IMG/VR virus record: IMGVR_UViG_3300031784_000011
Location: 1-64,000 of that record
Reading direction: 5' to 3' (one strand)
DNA length: 64,000 nt
From: a virus
Lineage: Duplodnaviria > Heunggongvirae > Uroviricota > Caudoviricetes
Within the stretch, counting starts at the first letter, position 1, and each line of letters starts with the position of its first letter. A model generated the notes under the pieces. The model was not told where the DNA came from. It saw only the letters and a program-made list of their open reading frames with translations, and searched no databases. Position numbers and translations under genes: made by a program. Of the stretch, positions 47,961 to 56,940 are shown piece after piece.

Positions 47961-48502
47961 AAATTATAGAAAGTCTTTTAAAAAAAGAAAGTTTTTCTTT
48001 TTTAGGGGTCTCAAACATTTTGGTTTTATCCAATTTTTTGATTTCCTCAATCATTTGATTCTTGTGGGATTGTATCTCCTTGGAGTCCCTCTCCACTTCC
48101 CGATTCAACCAATTTAATCCCTGTTGTATTCTCTTGTCTTGCATCCTCAATAAATGATATTTCTTTTAACTTATCAAGTGTCTGGTGTTGAAACAAAACT
48201 TCTAACTCTTTAATCTTTTGTTGTAAGAGTCTTTGTTTCTCTTCCATTTCTTTATTCATGGTTATTATTTCTTTTGCACAAGAAAAAACAACATCATAAC
48301 CATCAGCGGTTGCATTACTGATTAATGAAACCAAAGTAAATTTCTCATTTTTATCTTGTATCTTATATTTGATAGATTTGTATTGAGAAATTATTGATTC
48401 GATTTTCCAAGTAACAGGAAGTTTAATGTCTAAACTTACGTTATTGTCTATTTCTCTCAAAGAGAAAAAATATGGTCTTAAATGTCTTATATTGTCAAAC
48501 AC
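47938..48502 (-). CDS. hypothetical coiled-coil protein, apparently split over two frames (48047..48502 and 47938..48150)
   Basis: The upstream frame ends in low-complexity text. The +1 frame carries protein-like coiled-coil sequence through the 104-nt overlap. Confidence 0.35.
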
Positions 48503-48506
48503 TAAA

Positions 48507-48689
48507 TTATATTATTAAAAATGTTATTATGTAAGAAACCGCAAGATAAAACAAAACAGATTCTATTTTGGTCAACTTTAATATTGAGGGTTGTTCTGAG
48601 AAGAATTTTATCAAAAATTCAACACAGAACCTTAGTACGTAAATGGTACTCAATACCATCAAAAAAATAAAGATATAATTAATCATCAT
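48507..48689 (-). CDS. small membrane protein
   Basis: 60 aa with two TM helices. Confidence 0.35.
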   Translation of the reverse strand: MMINYIFIFLMVLSTIYVLRFCVEFLIKFFSEQPSILKLTKIESVLFYLAVSYIITFLII

Positions 48690-48861
48690 GTTTTTTTATT
48701 TCTTGTAATAGTTCTTTTCTATAAAGAGGAATTAACTCTTTTATTTCTTGAGCATATTTTCTAGCTCGAATAGATGCACTTCTATTACCCTTTTCGAATA
48801 CCTTGGTGGTATCAACAGACATTTTTTCCACCAAGTCTTTGATTTGTTTAAGTGTGTCCAT
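48679..48861 (-). CDS. small basic hypothetical protein
   Basis: 60-aa ORF. Confidence 0.35.
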   Translation of the reverse strand: MDTLKQIKDLVEKMSVDTTKVFEKGNRSASIRARKYAQEIKELIPLYRKELLQEIKKHDD

Positions 48862-48896
48862 TTTTCCGTTTTTATATATAGTATACGGAAAATAAA

Positions 48897-49361
48897 CTAC
48901 TTTTTCAAGTTTTGTTCGAATAATTTATAAATTTCTGTGAGAATGTCCAACTCGGACCTTGACTTTTGATATCTAAAATCAAATAACTTGTAAAAGTATT
49001 CAGATATTCTATTTTCTTTTTCTTCCAATTTAACAAAATAGTACGCCTCATAGAAAAAATTCCACATATATTCATAGTGGGTTCCTTTCTCCTTGAAGAA
49101 TATTTTTTCTTTATCAAAATTGGTGATTATTTTATTCCAACACCAATTAAAATGGTTTCGTTGGTCTATTTCGTCATAAAGTACATCAGAACCTAAAAAG
49201 GTTTCGTCTACTAAATCATATAAAGAAGATAGGAAATCATAAAATAATATTATTTTATCCCTATTAATGTTGTAGGTTCTATACCAAATGTCTATTTGAT
49301 GTTTGTATTTTTCAGAAATATCTGACTCAATATACTCTTCTCTATTTTCCATAATCCTCAT
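48897..49361 (-). CDS. hypothetical protein
   Basis: 154 aa. A TATATTTT element sits 5 nt upstream of the ATG. Confidence 0.5.
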   Translation of the reverse strand: MRIMENREEYIESDISEKYKHQIDIWYRTYNINRDKIILFYDFLSSLYDLVDETFLGSDVLYDEIDQRNHFNWCWNKIITNFDKEKIFFKEKGTHYEYMWNFFYEAYYFVKLEEKENRISEYFYKLFDFRYQKSRSELDILTEIYKLFEQNLKK

Positions 49362-49402
49362 CTGTTAAAATATAAGGATAAAAGAAAACAAAAAAAAGAA
49401 GA

Positions 49403-50728
49403 TTACTGAGTACTTTCGTTGTATCCGATGATTTTTTTCATTCTCGAGATTTCCTCATTCACAATTGAAGTCATTGTAGTTTTAGATTCATTCACACTCT
49501 TTACTTTTAAAGGTTGAACTCCTCTTGCTCCATGGAATGCTTCAGGTGCGTCTTTCTCTTTTTCTTTTTTTCTTTCAGCCGATTTACTTAATCTCTCTCC
49601 TGTTTTTGTTTTTATAACGTTAGCAGCATTTTGTGAGTTACCCATTTTTGAGTCACCTTCTAATGCCATTTTTAATCTTTTTTTGAATGATTCTGATGGT
49701 TCAAAATCATAATTTAAATCTAAAAGGGTACCACCCTTCATATTATCATCAATATACTCTTCTTGTTTCTCAGTTGGGTTTACCGCCATTTTTTCACCTT
49801 TACCAACTTGTTTTGGAAACTCAGGATTATCATTACCATCAAATGTTGATGCTTTTTTCAGTTTTTTCTGAACATCTTTAATTGCGTCGTCATTTTCTTT
49901 TTTAGAACCACTCTGAGCTTTCTTAGTTACCGCAATACCGGGTACCGCCTCACTTAGATTTTTTTTTGAATCAATTACCATTTTTTTAATCAAAGAAACC
50001 ATTTCACTTTCAGTAAGTCTAAGAACCGATTTCTTAGATTCATACATACCAGTACCACACTCTGAACACATTCCTTCCTCATTCATGGGTGAACCACACT
50101 CACTACACGTACCCATTTCACCTTCATTTGTATCAATATCTTTAGTGATTGTTACTTTATGCATTTTACCACTTCCTTTAGGGAATTCGAATTCTTTTTT
50201 ACCAGCATCTCTCGCTTTATCAGCAGCCAAAACAAACGCGCTTGATTCCTCCACATTTGTTTCTTCTTCCATATAACCTTGTCCACACTCATCACAAACA
50301 CCTTCCTCTTCTTCAAGTTGTTTCCATGATTCTTCAACATTATGTACTTTTCCGTTAAATTTAATTTCTTTTAGACCTTTTTCTTTAGCGGATAAAATGG
50401 CTTCTGCCATGCTCGATACTTTAATTTTTTTCATTTTTGTGGTTTCTTTATTTTCTTCTAATTCTTCTCCCATCTGGTCTAATTTATCAATCATTTCAGT
50501 TGGTGAATTATATTTTACTTTTTCGATTATGAACTCCTTTTTAGGATGTTTCTTTTTATAAATATCCAAATGTTGCATTGCAATTTCTTCGGATTCAAAT
50601 GTTTCAACGGGTTCTCCCTCGCAAGTAATTTGAAACATATCTTGAGATTTTTTATTTTCTTTTAATATGGTTCTTTTTACTTCGTCAAATAATGACTCCG
50701 AAATGATATTTGATATATTCTTTTTCAT
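49403..50728 (-). CDS. acidic protein with three CxEC-G modules
   Basis: GVCDECGQG, GTCSECGSP and GMCSECGTG, each preceded by a K-E-[IF]-x-F-x-GK-[VM]H-[NK]V block. Confidence 0.5.
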   Translation of the reverse strand: MKKNISNIISESLFDEVKRTILKENKKSQDMFQITCEGEPVETFESEEIAMQHLDIYKKKHPKKEFIIEKVKYNSPTEMIDKLDQMGEELEENKETTKMKKIKVSSMAEAILSAKEKGLKEIKFNGKVHNVEESWKQLEEEEGVCDECGQGYMEEETNVEESSAFVLAADKARDAGKKEFEFPKGSGKMHKVTITKDIDTNEGEMGTCSECGSPMNEEGMCSECGTGMYESKKSVLRLTESEMVSLIKKMVIDSKKNLSEAVPGIAVTKKAQSGSKKENDDAIKDVQKKLKKASTFDGNDNPEFPKQVGKGEKMAVNPTEKQEEYIDDNMKGGTLLDLNYDFEPSESFKKRLKMALEGDSKMGNSQNAANVIKTKTGERLSKSAERKKEKEKDAPEAFHGARGVQPLKVKSVNESKTTMTSIVNEEISRMKKIIGYNESTQ

Positions 50729-51232
50729 TTACTTAATAAATATCTTATTTATTTCATTTATTACAATTTTCTCGACCTGAGAATACGGTAATCCTAATTT
50801 TTTTGATACATTATAAACGGATTCTTTCAATTCTTGGTCTTCAAAAAAATCTAAACTTTTGATATCACCCTGATTACAGTAAGGATATTTTTTACATCTT
50901 TCTTTTACCTTTACATAAACACCACCAGGACCTCCCCATTTTGGGAAATTTTTATCTTTTACCGCTCGACTGTTCATGATACTATTGGGACCATTGATTT
51001 TTAATGGGTTCGACCTACCAGCACTATAAGAAGTGTCATATTGTCCTGAAGAAGAAGAGTCTGTAACTTCACTTAATTCTTCTTCAAAATTATGAATCTT
51101 TTTTATTTTCCTTTTAACTAATGGACCGCTCAGAGCTCCCTCAAATGAACCTGAGGAATCTGCAGAAGTTTCATTTGTATCTTTTGGGGAAGATTTTTTC
51201 CCTCTCAATATTTTCTCGAAATTATATGACAT
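50729..51232 (-). CDS. hypothetical protein
   Basis: 167-aa ORF. Confidence 0.45.
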   Translation of the reverse strand: MSYNFEKILRGKKSSPKDTNETSADSSGSFEGALSGPLVKRKIKKIHNFEEELSEVTDSSSSGQYDTSYSAGRSNPLKINGPNSIMNSRAVKDKNFPKWGGPGGVYVKVKERCKKYPYCNQGDIKSLDFFEDQELKESVYNVSKKLGLPYSQVEKIVINEINKIFIK

Positions 51233-51471
51233 TATCTAACACTTTTTAAGGGTTGTTCCCAAAAAGACTTACGTTGCCATAGTGTTTTGAAAAGTTCCAC
51301 AACAACTTTAGATGATAGGTCAACGATTCTTTCATCAACTGACCTAGCACCTATCTCTTTTTGTATTATTTTCATTACAATGGTATGTGCTTGAGTGGTC
51401 TCAAGAAAATCTTTCATTTCTTTTCTTGCAATCTTTTCAATTTCTTTAACATCGGTGTTTGTAAGTGCCAT
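51232..51471 (-). CDS. hypothetical protein
   Basis: 79-aa ORF. Confidence 0.4.
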   Translation of the reverse strand: MALTNTDVKEIEKIARKEMKDFLETTQAHTIVMKIIQKEIGARSVDERIVDLSSKVVVELFKTLWQRKSFWEQPLKSVR

Positions 51472-52016
51472 TATGCGTTCATTCTATCTCTAATTAATGG
51501 CTCCATAGCCGATGTGAAAGTTGGTTCAAATTTTCTCAATTTTTCTAACATGTCCATTGTTTCGTCGTCTAATAATAACATGTCGCCATTTATGTATAAC
51601 CCACTACCTTCACCCGAAATCATAACAAAATTAATTTCTAAGTCTGTAATTTCACCATCAAGTCTGATTTCAGTCTCGGTTATGGTAATTCCAGGTTCTA
51701 AACTTGCAATTTGTGAAACTTGTTGTCTAAATGAATCAATTATTTGTGATAAGGCGGTTTTTTCTTCAGGTTTAAGTTTTATATCCTCTTGGTCAGAAGA
51801 CAATAATTTAACATCCACATCATTAACAACCTCCACGTTATCGTACTGTTTTTTGTTTAACTCGTTATCGGTATTTTGTGTATTGGTATTAGGTTGTTGA
51901 GTTTCATCCTCTTCCTTAATCAAATTCTTGTTGGTGTACACGGTTTCATTAAGAGACCTTAACGTCTTTAACATACCTTTTATCTCGTCGTACCCCGATG
52001 TTTTTCTATTGTTCAT
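51471..52016 (-). CDS. hypothetical protein
   Basis: 181-aa ORF. Confidence 0.45.
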   Translation of the reverse strand: MNNRKTSGYDEIKGMLKTLRSLNETVYTNKNLIKEEDETQQPNTNTQNTDNELNKKQYDNVEVVNDVDVKLLSSDQEDIKLKPEEKTALSQIIDSFRQQVSQIASLEPGITITETEIRLDGEITDLEINFVMISGEGSGLYINGDMLLLDDETMDMLEKLRKFEPTFTSAMEPLIRDRMNA

Positions 52017-52611
52017 TTTTAAAAATTAGTCTAAAATTAAATGATGGGTTTATATCTGTATAAATATTTGAGAAATTAGATTTACACACTACACCATTAA
52101 ATTTAATAGCGCTTTCAAGATATCCCTGAGAAGGTACTATATTTTTTGGTATACCGTGGGATTCACATATATGTTCACACAATGATGAAATTGATAATAC
52201 TTGGTCATCATTATACCTATCCCAAAAATAATGGTTTCTCCAATTTCTAACGAAAGGTTCACATCTGTAAGGGTCTCCAATCCAATTATGCATGAAACCT
52301 GTTACGGTATTTTTACTTAACCATCCTAAATTTTCAACCGCAATTTTAATAAATTGTTTGTCAATATAAGGTTCGTCAAATGTATTTGAATAATAGTTGG
52401 TATCGAAAAGTTGGTAGATTGTACCTAATTTAGTGACAATAAAGTGTGGTATTTCGTCGTATTTACCACACTTCCTGTACTTTAATTTATTAATGAAATC
52501 GTCCGCACGTCTATTAGTGTCGTACAGTAATATTTGGGTTTTTTTCGTTCTGCGACGAACAACATTTAAAGTTTTATCATCTAAACCTTCTACGTTGTGT
52601 ATTTCCAACAT
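52006..52611 (-). CDS. amidase_2/PGRP-like domain protein (candidate N-acetylmuramoyl-L-alanine amidase)
   Basis: PHFIVTKLGTIYQ, KIAVENLGWL and a C-terminal C..N..P region resemble T7-lysozyme/PGRP spacing. The zinc ligands are not all evident. Confidence 0.35.
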   Translation of the reverse strand: MLEIHNVEGLDDKTLNVVRRRTKKTQILLYDTNRRADDFINKLKYRKCGKYDEIPHFIVTKLGTIYQLFDTNYYSNTFDEPYIDKQFIKIAVENLGWLSKNTVTGFMHNWIGDPYRCEPFVRNWRNHYFWDRYNDDQVLSISSLCEHICESHGIPKNIVPSQGYLESAIKFNGVVCKSNFSNIYTDINPSFNFRLIFKNEQ

Positions 52612-52725
52612 TTCTAGTTAACCTTTTACTGATAACAGAAGAAATGTCGTTGTCTTCTGTATTATTTATTTCCCCATTGTCCAAACCAAAGTTTTCCAAC
52701 GATTCCTCCTGTTGTGGGGACTCTT

Positions 52726-53835
52726 CTAATTTTTTTTTTCTTCCTCAATGGGAAGTTGTTCATCTTGTATTGGTTCCTCAACAATCGGTTCAGGTGTTTC
52801 AATTATTTCCTCAACAATCGGTTCAGGTGTAACAATTGGTTCTTCAATTACTATCGGTTGTTCTTCAACTATTACAGGTTGTTCTTCAACAATTGGTTCT
52901 TCAATTACTATCGGTTGTTCTTCAACTATTACAGGTTGTTCTTCAACAATTGGTTCAGGAGTAATAGTTGTTTCTTCAATTACTATCGGTTGTTCTTCAA
53001 CAATTGGTTCAGGTGCAATAGTTGGTTCAGGTGTGACAATTGGTTCTTCAACTATTACAGGTTGTTCTTCAACAATTGGTTCAGGAGTAATAGTTGTTTC
53101 TTTAACAACCACCGGTTCTTCTTTAATTAAATGGTCCTCAATTAAAAAAACATCTGATGAGTCATTATCCTCTTCTTCCTCAGGAGTTTCAACATCTTTT
53201 GGTTGGGGGGTTTTGTTAAGTAATTTTTCTAAAATATCTAAATCTTCTTGAGAGATTCTAACTCGAGAGACTTCACCAACAATGTCTTTAGCATCTACCA
53301 CCGGTGTTTCTTCACCAACGGGTTCAGGAGCGTCTTTTACCACTGGTTGTTCAACCTCTACAGTATTTTTCTCACTCTGAGTAAACTTAACTAACATATG
53401 TAGAAAAGAAAGTGAAATGATTGGTAACATACCTCCAGCGAAAAACGCTAAAAATCTTTTGTGACCAATCATGTCTGTAGGGTCAACACCAATATATTCT
53501 AAAAGTGGTGAAACTAACTCAACCCAAGAAATAAATGCTTGACTCGTAATATCAATATATGAATAGGCGAAATAAATATTACCAATAAATTGAATGAGGG
53601 TTACAATACCAAATGGGAAATATACTTTTCTACCCATATCAGCTGATATTGCAGCCAACGCAGATAATGCGGCAATTTCGATACCTATTGATAAATAGAT
53701 AGCCCAACTAATTGGGTTTGAAATTCCGTACCATTTAGTTACGTGTGATATTGAAACCAACGCAACAGTTATAATTGGTATTAAAAACGCAGATACTATT
53801 AATGTTTTATAATTTTTATTAATCCAATTTTTCAT
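52726..53835 (-). CDS. polytopic membrane protein with long C-terminal Pro/Glu/Val/Ile-rich repeat domain
   Basis: Four to five TM helices in the first 150 aa, then about 200 aa of (E)PIVEEQPVIVEE-type repeats. Confidence 0.55.
   Translation of the reverse strand: MKNWINKNYKTLIVSAFLIPIITVALVSISHVTKWYGISNPISWAIYLSIGIEIAALSALAAISADMGRKVYFPFGIVTLIQFIGNIYFAYSYIDITSQAFISWVELVSPLLEYIGVDPTDMIGHKRFLAFFAGGMLPIISLSFLHMLVKFTQSEKNTVEVEQPVVKDAPEPVGEETPVVDAKDIVGEVSRVRISQEDLDILEKLLNKTPQPKDVETPEEEEDNDSSDVFLIEDHLIKEEPVVVKETTITPEPIVEEQPVIVEEPIVTPEPTIAPEPIVEEQPIVIEETTITPEPIVEEQPVIVEEQPIVIEEPIVEEQPVIVEEQPIVIEEPIVTPEPIVEEIIETPEPIVEEPIQDEQLPIEEEKKN
52745..53110. repeat. coding tandem repeats (about 57-bp units)
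   Basis: The unit ggttgttcttcaactattacaggttgttcttcaacaattggttcttcaattactatc recurs. It encodes the PIVEEQPVIVEE repeats of gene 52726..53835. Confidence 0.6.
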
Positions 53836-54119
53836 TTAACACTATTTTCCAACTTGCTTATTTCATTATCAATTTCAGTTTGACGGTTTACATCTAAAAT
53901 TTTTCTATCAGTTGCTTGAATCATTCTTTTTTCTGATTTCAATCCTTCAATTCTTAACCTAACATCCAATTCTTCTTTGGTGTAGGTAGAATCTTTAATT
54001 GACTCAATTTCCTTTCTCATTTTAGAGAGTTCTCTTCCGTCGCCACAACTTTTAAAAAATCCTAAAAGTGCAACAACCAAAACGATTATTGTGAAATTTT
54101 TTTGAATAAAATTTTTCAT
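53832..54119 (-). CDS. lipoprotein with coiled-coil body
   Basis: Signal peptide plus lipobox (LLGFFKSC), then a heptad-rich 70 aa. Confidence 0.5.
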   Translation of the reverse strand: MKNFIQKNFTIIVLVVALLGFFKSCGDGRELSKMRKEIESIKDSTYTKEELDVRLRIEGLKSEKRMIQATDRKILDVNRQTEIDNEISKLENSVK

Positions 54120-54128
54120 GTTTTTTAT

Positions 54129-54941
54129 TTATAAATAGTTTAATAATCCATAACTGTCGTTACGAAGTTTCTTTAGTGCTTTATCACGTAGTTGTCTAAT
54201 ACGTTCTTTAGTGCATCCGAATTCATCACCCAAGTCTTCTAAATTCATTTCAATACCGTTCAACCCATAAGACTTTTCAATAATGACCTTTTCTCTATCG
54301 TCAAGGATTGAAAGCATTTGAGAAACTCTTTTTTTAATTTCTTCAGACGTATTTAAAATGTCTTCAGGGTTATCAGCGTTGACATTAATGATGGTATCGA
54401 TTAATTGGTCTCCCTCTTCATTTATTTCATCATTCAAGTTTACACAATGAGGTAGTACTATTTCTGCCCCATTATCTTCATAATTGATAAAGAAAGGGTC
54501 ATCAACATTTAACTGTTCATTTTTCTTTCTTTTTTGATTTTCCTGAATAATGTTTGACGGCAGTCTTATCATCCTTGAATTCTCGTTTAGAGAAGCCATA
54601 ATAGATTGTTTAATCCACCAAACAGCATATGAAATAAATTTGTAACCACTGTTAGGGTCAAATCTTTCGGCGGCTCGTATGAGACCGATATTACCTTCGG
54701 ATATTAAATCAATTAAATCCATACCATTGTTTTGATATGATTTAGCGACGGTGATTACAAAACGTAGATTACCCACTACGAGTTCGTTTAACAAATCGAC
54801 TCTTTCCTTCTTAGGTAGGTCTTTATTTTTTAAGAGTTCGAAGACTTCATCCTGTCTTTGGTGAGTAATTACCTTAATCTTTCGGATGTCTTTGATGTAG
54901 TTCTGAATTTCTTCAGTGTTGATTAGTAATGTTTTGGCCAT
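54129..54941 (-). CDS. sigma-70 family RNA polymerase sigma factor (regions 2-4)
   Basis: Region 2.2-2.4 DLISEGNIGLIRAAERFDPNSGYKFISYAVWWIKQSI. Region 4.2 LEDLGDEFGCTKERIRQLRDKALKKLR. Confidence 0.8.
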   Translation of the reverse strand: MAKTLLINTEEIQNYIKDIRKIKVITHQRQDEVFELLKNKDLPKKERVDLLNELVVGNLRFVITVAKSYQNNGMDLIDLISEGNIGLIRAAERFDPNSGYKFISYAVWWIKQSIMASLNENSRMIRLPSNIIQENQKRKKNEQLNVDDPFFINYEDNGAEIVLPHCVNLNDEINEEGDQLIDTIINVNADNPEDILNTSEEIKKRVSQMLSILDDREKVIIEKSYGLNGIEMNLEDLGDEFGCTKERIRQLRDKALKKLRNDSYGLLNYL

Positions 54942-54985
54942 GAATGTTCGGTTTGTGGTTCATGGGTAAAAATATGTAAAAAAAA

Positions 54986-55447
54986 TCAATTTTGGAAGCC
55001 ATCCAAGAATTTTTTTTCGTCAGGAGTCAAACTGTCTATCCCCTCCTGTTCAATTTTCTCTAAAATATTATCAAGGTCCATTGTTTCGTTAGGGTTCTCG
55101 GTGTTTTCTTTTTTATTATATTCTAACCTTAATGAACTATATTCTTCACTTGGCTTAAACATAAAGTCCTTCATCTGTATAGGTAAATTGGCACTATATA
55201 TACTTTCTCTTTCGAAGAGGAAGTAAAATTTCACATCCTCCATAGAAATAATATTGTGAAGTTCTTCAGAGAGCTCTTTTCTATTTGATTCGGATTCAAA
55301 TATAACTATTATACTTTTAGACGTATCTTCAATAACAAACCTAACCTTGGCAATTTTTGGACTAACTCCAAGAACTTCCAAACAAAAAAATTCAATGTCT
55401 TCGTGGTCTTCGAAATTCGCGAATAAAAATAAAAGATATGTCTTCAT
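54986..55447 (-). CDS. acidic hypothetical protein
   Basis: 153-aa ORF. Confidence 0.45.
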   Translation of the reverse strand: MKTYLLFLFANFEDHEDIEFFCLEVLGVSPKIAKVRFVIEDTSKSIIVIFESESNRKELSEELHNIISMEDVKFYFLFERESIYSANLPIQMKDFMFKPSEEYSSLRLEYNKKENTENPNETMDLDNILEKIEQEGIDSLTPDEKKFLDGFQN

Positions 55448-55456
55448 TCAAATAAA

Positions 55457-55885
55457 TTACTGTACGATTAAAAATACGGATAAAATTGCAATAAGTCCAC
55501 CCCCAACGATGGTTTTGAACTTATTTTTCACCTTTTCTTTCTTCAACTGTAATTCTAAATTTTTTGTGTGATTTTCTAAAATTTGATATTTTTCGTCTTG
55601 AGATTTAATTATTGTTAAATAATTTTCCTCTTTCTTCTGCATGGTAACAATTACACTATCTTTCAGTGAAACCTTTTCCTCTAATTTTGTGATTTGTTCA
55701 TTTGATAATTTCAATTCAGCAATCGCAGAATCACCTCTTAATAAGTCTTTAGCAATTGACTTAAATGTAGAAACCGGTAAACATTTTACTGGTTCGGGGG
55801 TTCGATTTTTATTATTTGTATCTGTCTGAGAAAAAGCTATCAAGCTCTGGCTCAGTAAAATTAGAAACACGATTAATTTTTTCAT
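55457..55885 (-). CDS. secreted coiled-coil protein with C-terminal TM anchor
   Basis: Signal peptide MKKLIVFLILLSQSLIAFSQ. C-terminal GGGLIAILSVFLIVQ. Confidence 0.45.
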   Translation of the reverse strand: MKKLIVFLILLSQSLIAFSQTDTNNKNRTPEPVKCLPVSTFKSIAKDLLRGDSAIAELKLSNEQITKLEEKVSLKDSVIVTMQKKEENYLTIIKSQDEKYQILENHTKNLELQLKKEKVKNKFKTIVGGGLIAILSVFLIVQ

Positions 55886-56204
55886 GATATACTTCCTTTA
55901 CTATTGTTTTTTGATTTTTAATTTTATCGATACTATTATCAACTTCTCCAATTTCTTTATTGATGTTGTCGATTTTATCGTCTAACATTTCTTGTTCTTT
56001 ATACATGTTATTAATTACAACATTCAAAGAATCAATCTTCGCCTTATCTTCAGGTGACATACCCACTCGAGGTGTTAAAATGAAAATCATCCAATACAGA
56101 ACGAACAACCCGAACACAACCATTAAAACGGTTTTATAGTTCTTTGCAAGAAAACCTGCAATTTTATTTGTATTTTCTTTTGCGTTTAAAAGTCTTTCGT
56201 CCAT
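55812..56204 (-). CDS. type II membrane protein with periplasmic coiled coil (i-spanin-like topology)
   Basis: N-terminal TM VLMVVFGLFVLYWMIFIL followed by a coiled coil. Overlaps the next gene by 74 nt. Confidence 0.45.
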   Translation of the reverse strand: MDERLLNAKENTNKIAGFLAKNYKTVLMVVFGLFVLYWMIFILTPRVGMSPEDKAKIDSLNVVINNMYKEQEMLDDKIDNINKEIGEVDNSIDKIKNQKTIVKEVYHEKINRVSNFTEPELDSFFSDRYK

Positions 56205-56226
56205 ATGATATAAATATTAATAATAA

Positions 56227-56901
56227 TTATTTTTTCTTTCTAATTATCTCATCGATAATGCCATAACTCAACGCATCTTCTGATGATAACCACAAATCTC
56301 TCGACGCATCCTCCATGACAACTTCGGATGGTTTGTTACAATATTCACCCAATAGGTCAAATAGAATTTTATTTAATTTTTCCCATTCTTTCATATTAAT
56401 CTTAGCATCCTGAATATTACCTTCAAAACCTCCTGAAGACTGATGTAACATTGTTCTACTGAATCTTAGTGAACATCTCTTACCTTTTGTACCCGCACCA
56501 AGTAAAACCGAACCCATAGATGCTGCCATTCCAGTGTTGATTGTACGAATATCCGAGTTGATATAATCCATTACATCCACCATTGATAATCCACTTTTTA
56601 CAGAACCACCAGGACTATCAATGTGCATTGTGATATCAGTATTATCGATACTGTCTAAAAACATAAGTTGAGCTTGAACCACTGTCGACATGTTATCGTT
56701 TACAACACCCGCAACCCATATGATTCTTTCCATCATCAATCGTGAGAATACATCCATCACGGTTACGTTCATTTGTCTCTCTTCCAATATGTATGGAGTT
56801 AAACTGTCTTCAACTTGTTTGTTGTAGTGATGTAAATTTAAACCGCTAATCCCTTTGTCCTTAGCGAATAGTCCGAAGTCTTTATATAGTTTACTGTTCA
56901 T
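56227..56901 (-). CDS. clpP: ClpP-family serine protease
   Basis: Ser (GMAASMGS), His (MLHQSSGG) and Asp (SRDLWLSSEDALSYGIIDEI) triad regions are all present with ClpP spacing. Confidence 0.8.
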   Translation of the reverse strand: MNSKLYKDFGLFAKDKGISGLNLHHYNKQVEDSLTPYILEERQMNVTVMDVFSRLMMERIIWVAGVVNDNMSTVVQAQLMFLDSIDNTDITMHIDSPGGSVKSGLSMVDVMDYINSDIRTINTGMAASMGSVLLGAGTKGKRCSLRFSRTMLHQSSGGFEGNIQDAKINMKEWEKLNKILFDLLGEYCNKPSEVVMEDASRDLWLSSEDALSYGIIDEIIRKKK

Positions 56902-56940
56902 GTGAATTATTTTTTTTAAATCTAAGAAAAAAAAGTGATA

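Noticed and set aside
48862-48896. Hairpin ttttccgt...acggaaaa between 48861 and 48897
   Set aside because: No T-run follows on either strand, so it is not an intrinsic terminator. It is possibly an operator but unsupported.
52690-52710. AGGAGGA Shine-Dalgarno-like sequence on the minus strand (plus 52703-52709)
   Set aside because: It lies about 90 nt upstream of the nearest start codon. Other genes in the window lack SD sequences.
52714-53251. Long plus-strand ORFs (138 and 167 aa) full of FFNYYRLFFNN / GSSTIGSG repeats
   Set aside because: These are reading-frame artefacts of the 57-bp tandem repeats that encode the PE-rich tail of the minus-strand gene 52726..53835.
54120-54135. Palindromic TATTTATAAATA resembling a T4 late promoter (TATAAATA) upstream of lipoprotein gene 53832..54119
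   Set aside because: The motif overlaps the last codons and stop of the sigma gene. The phage encodes a sigma-70-type factor rather than a gp55-type late sigma, and I found no other TATAAATA copies upstream of genes.
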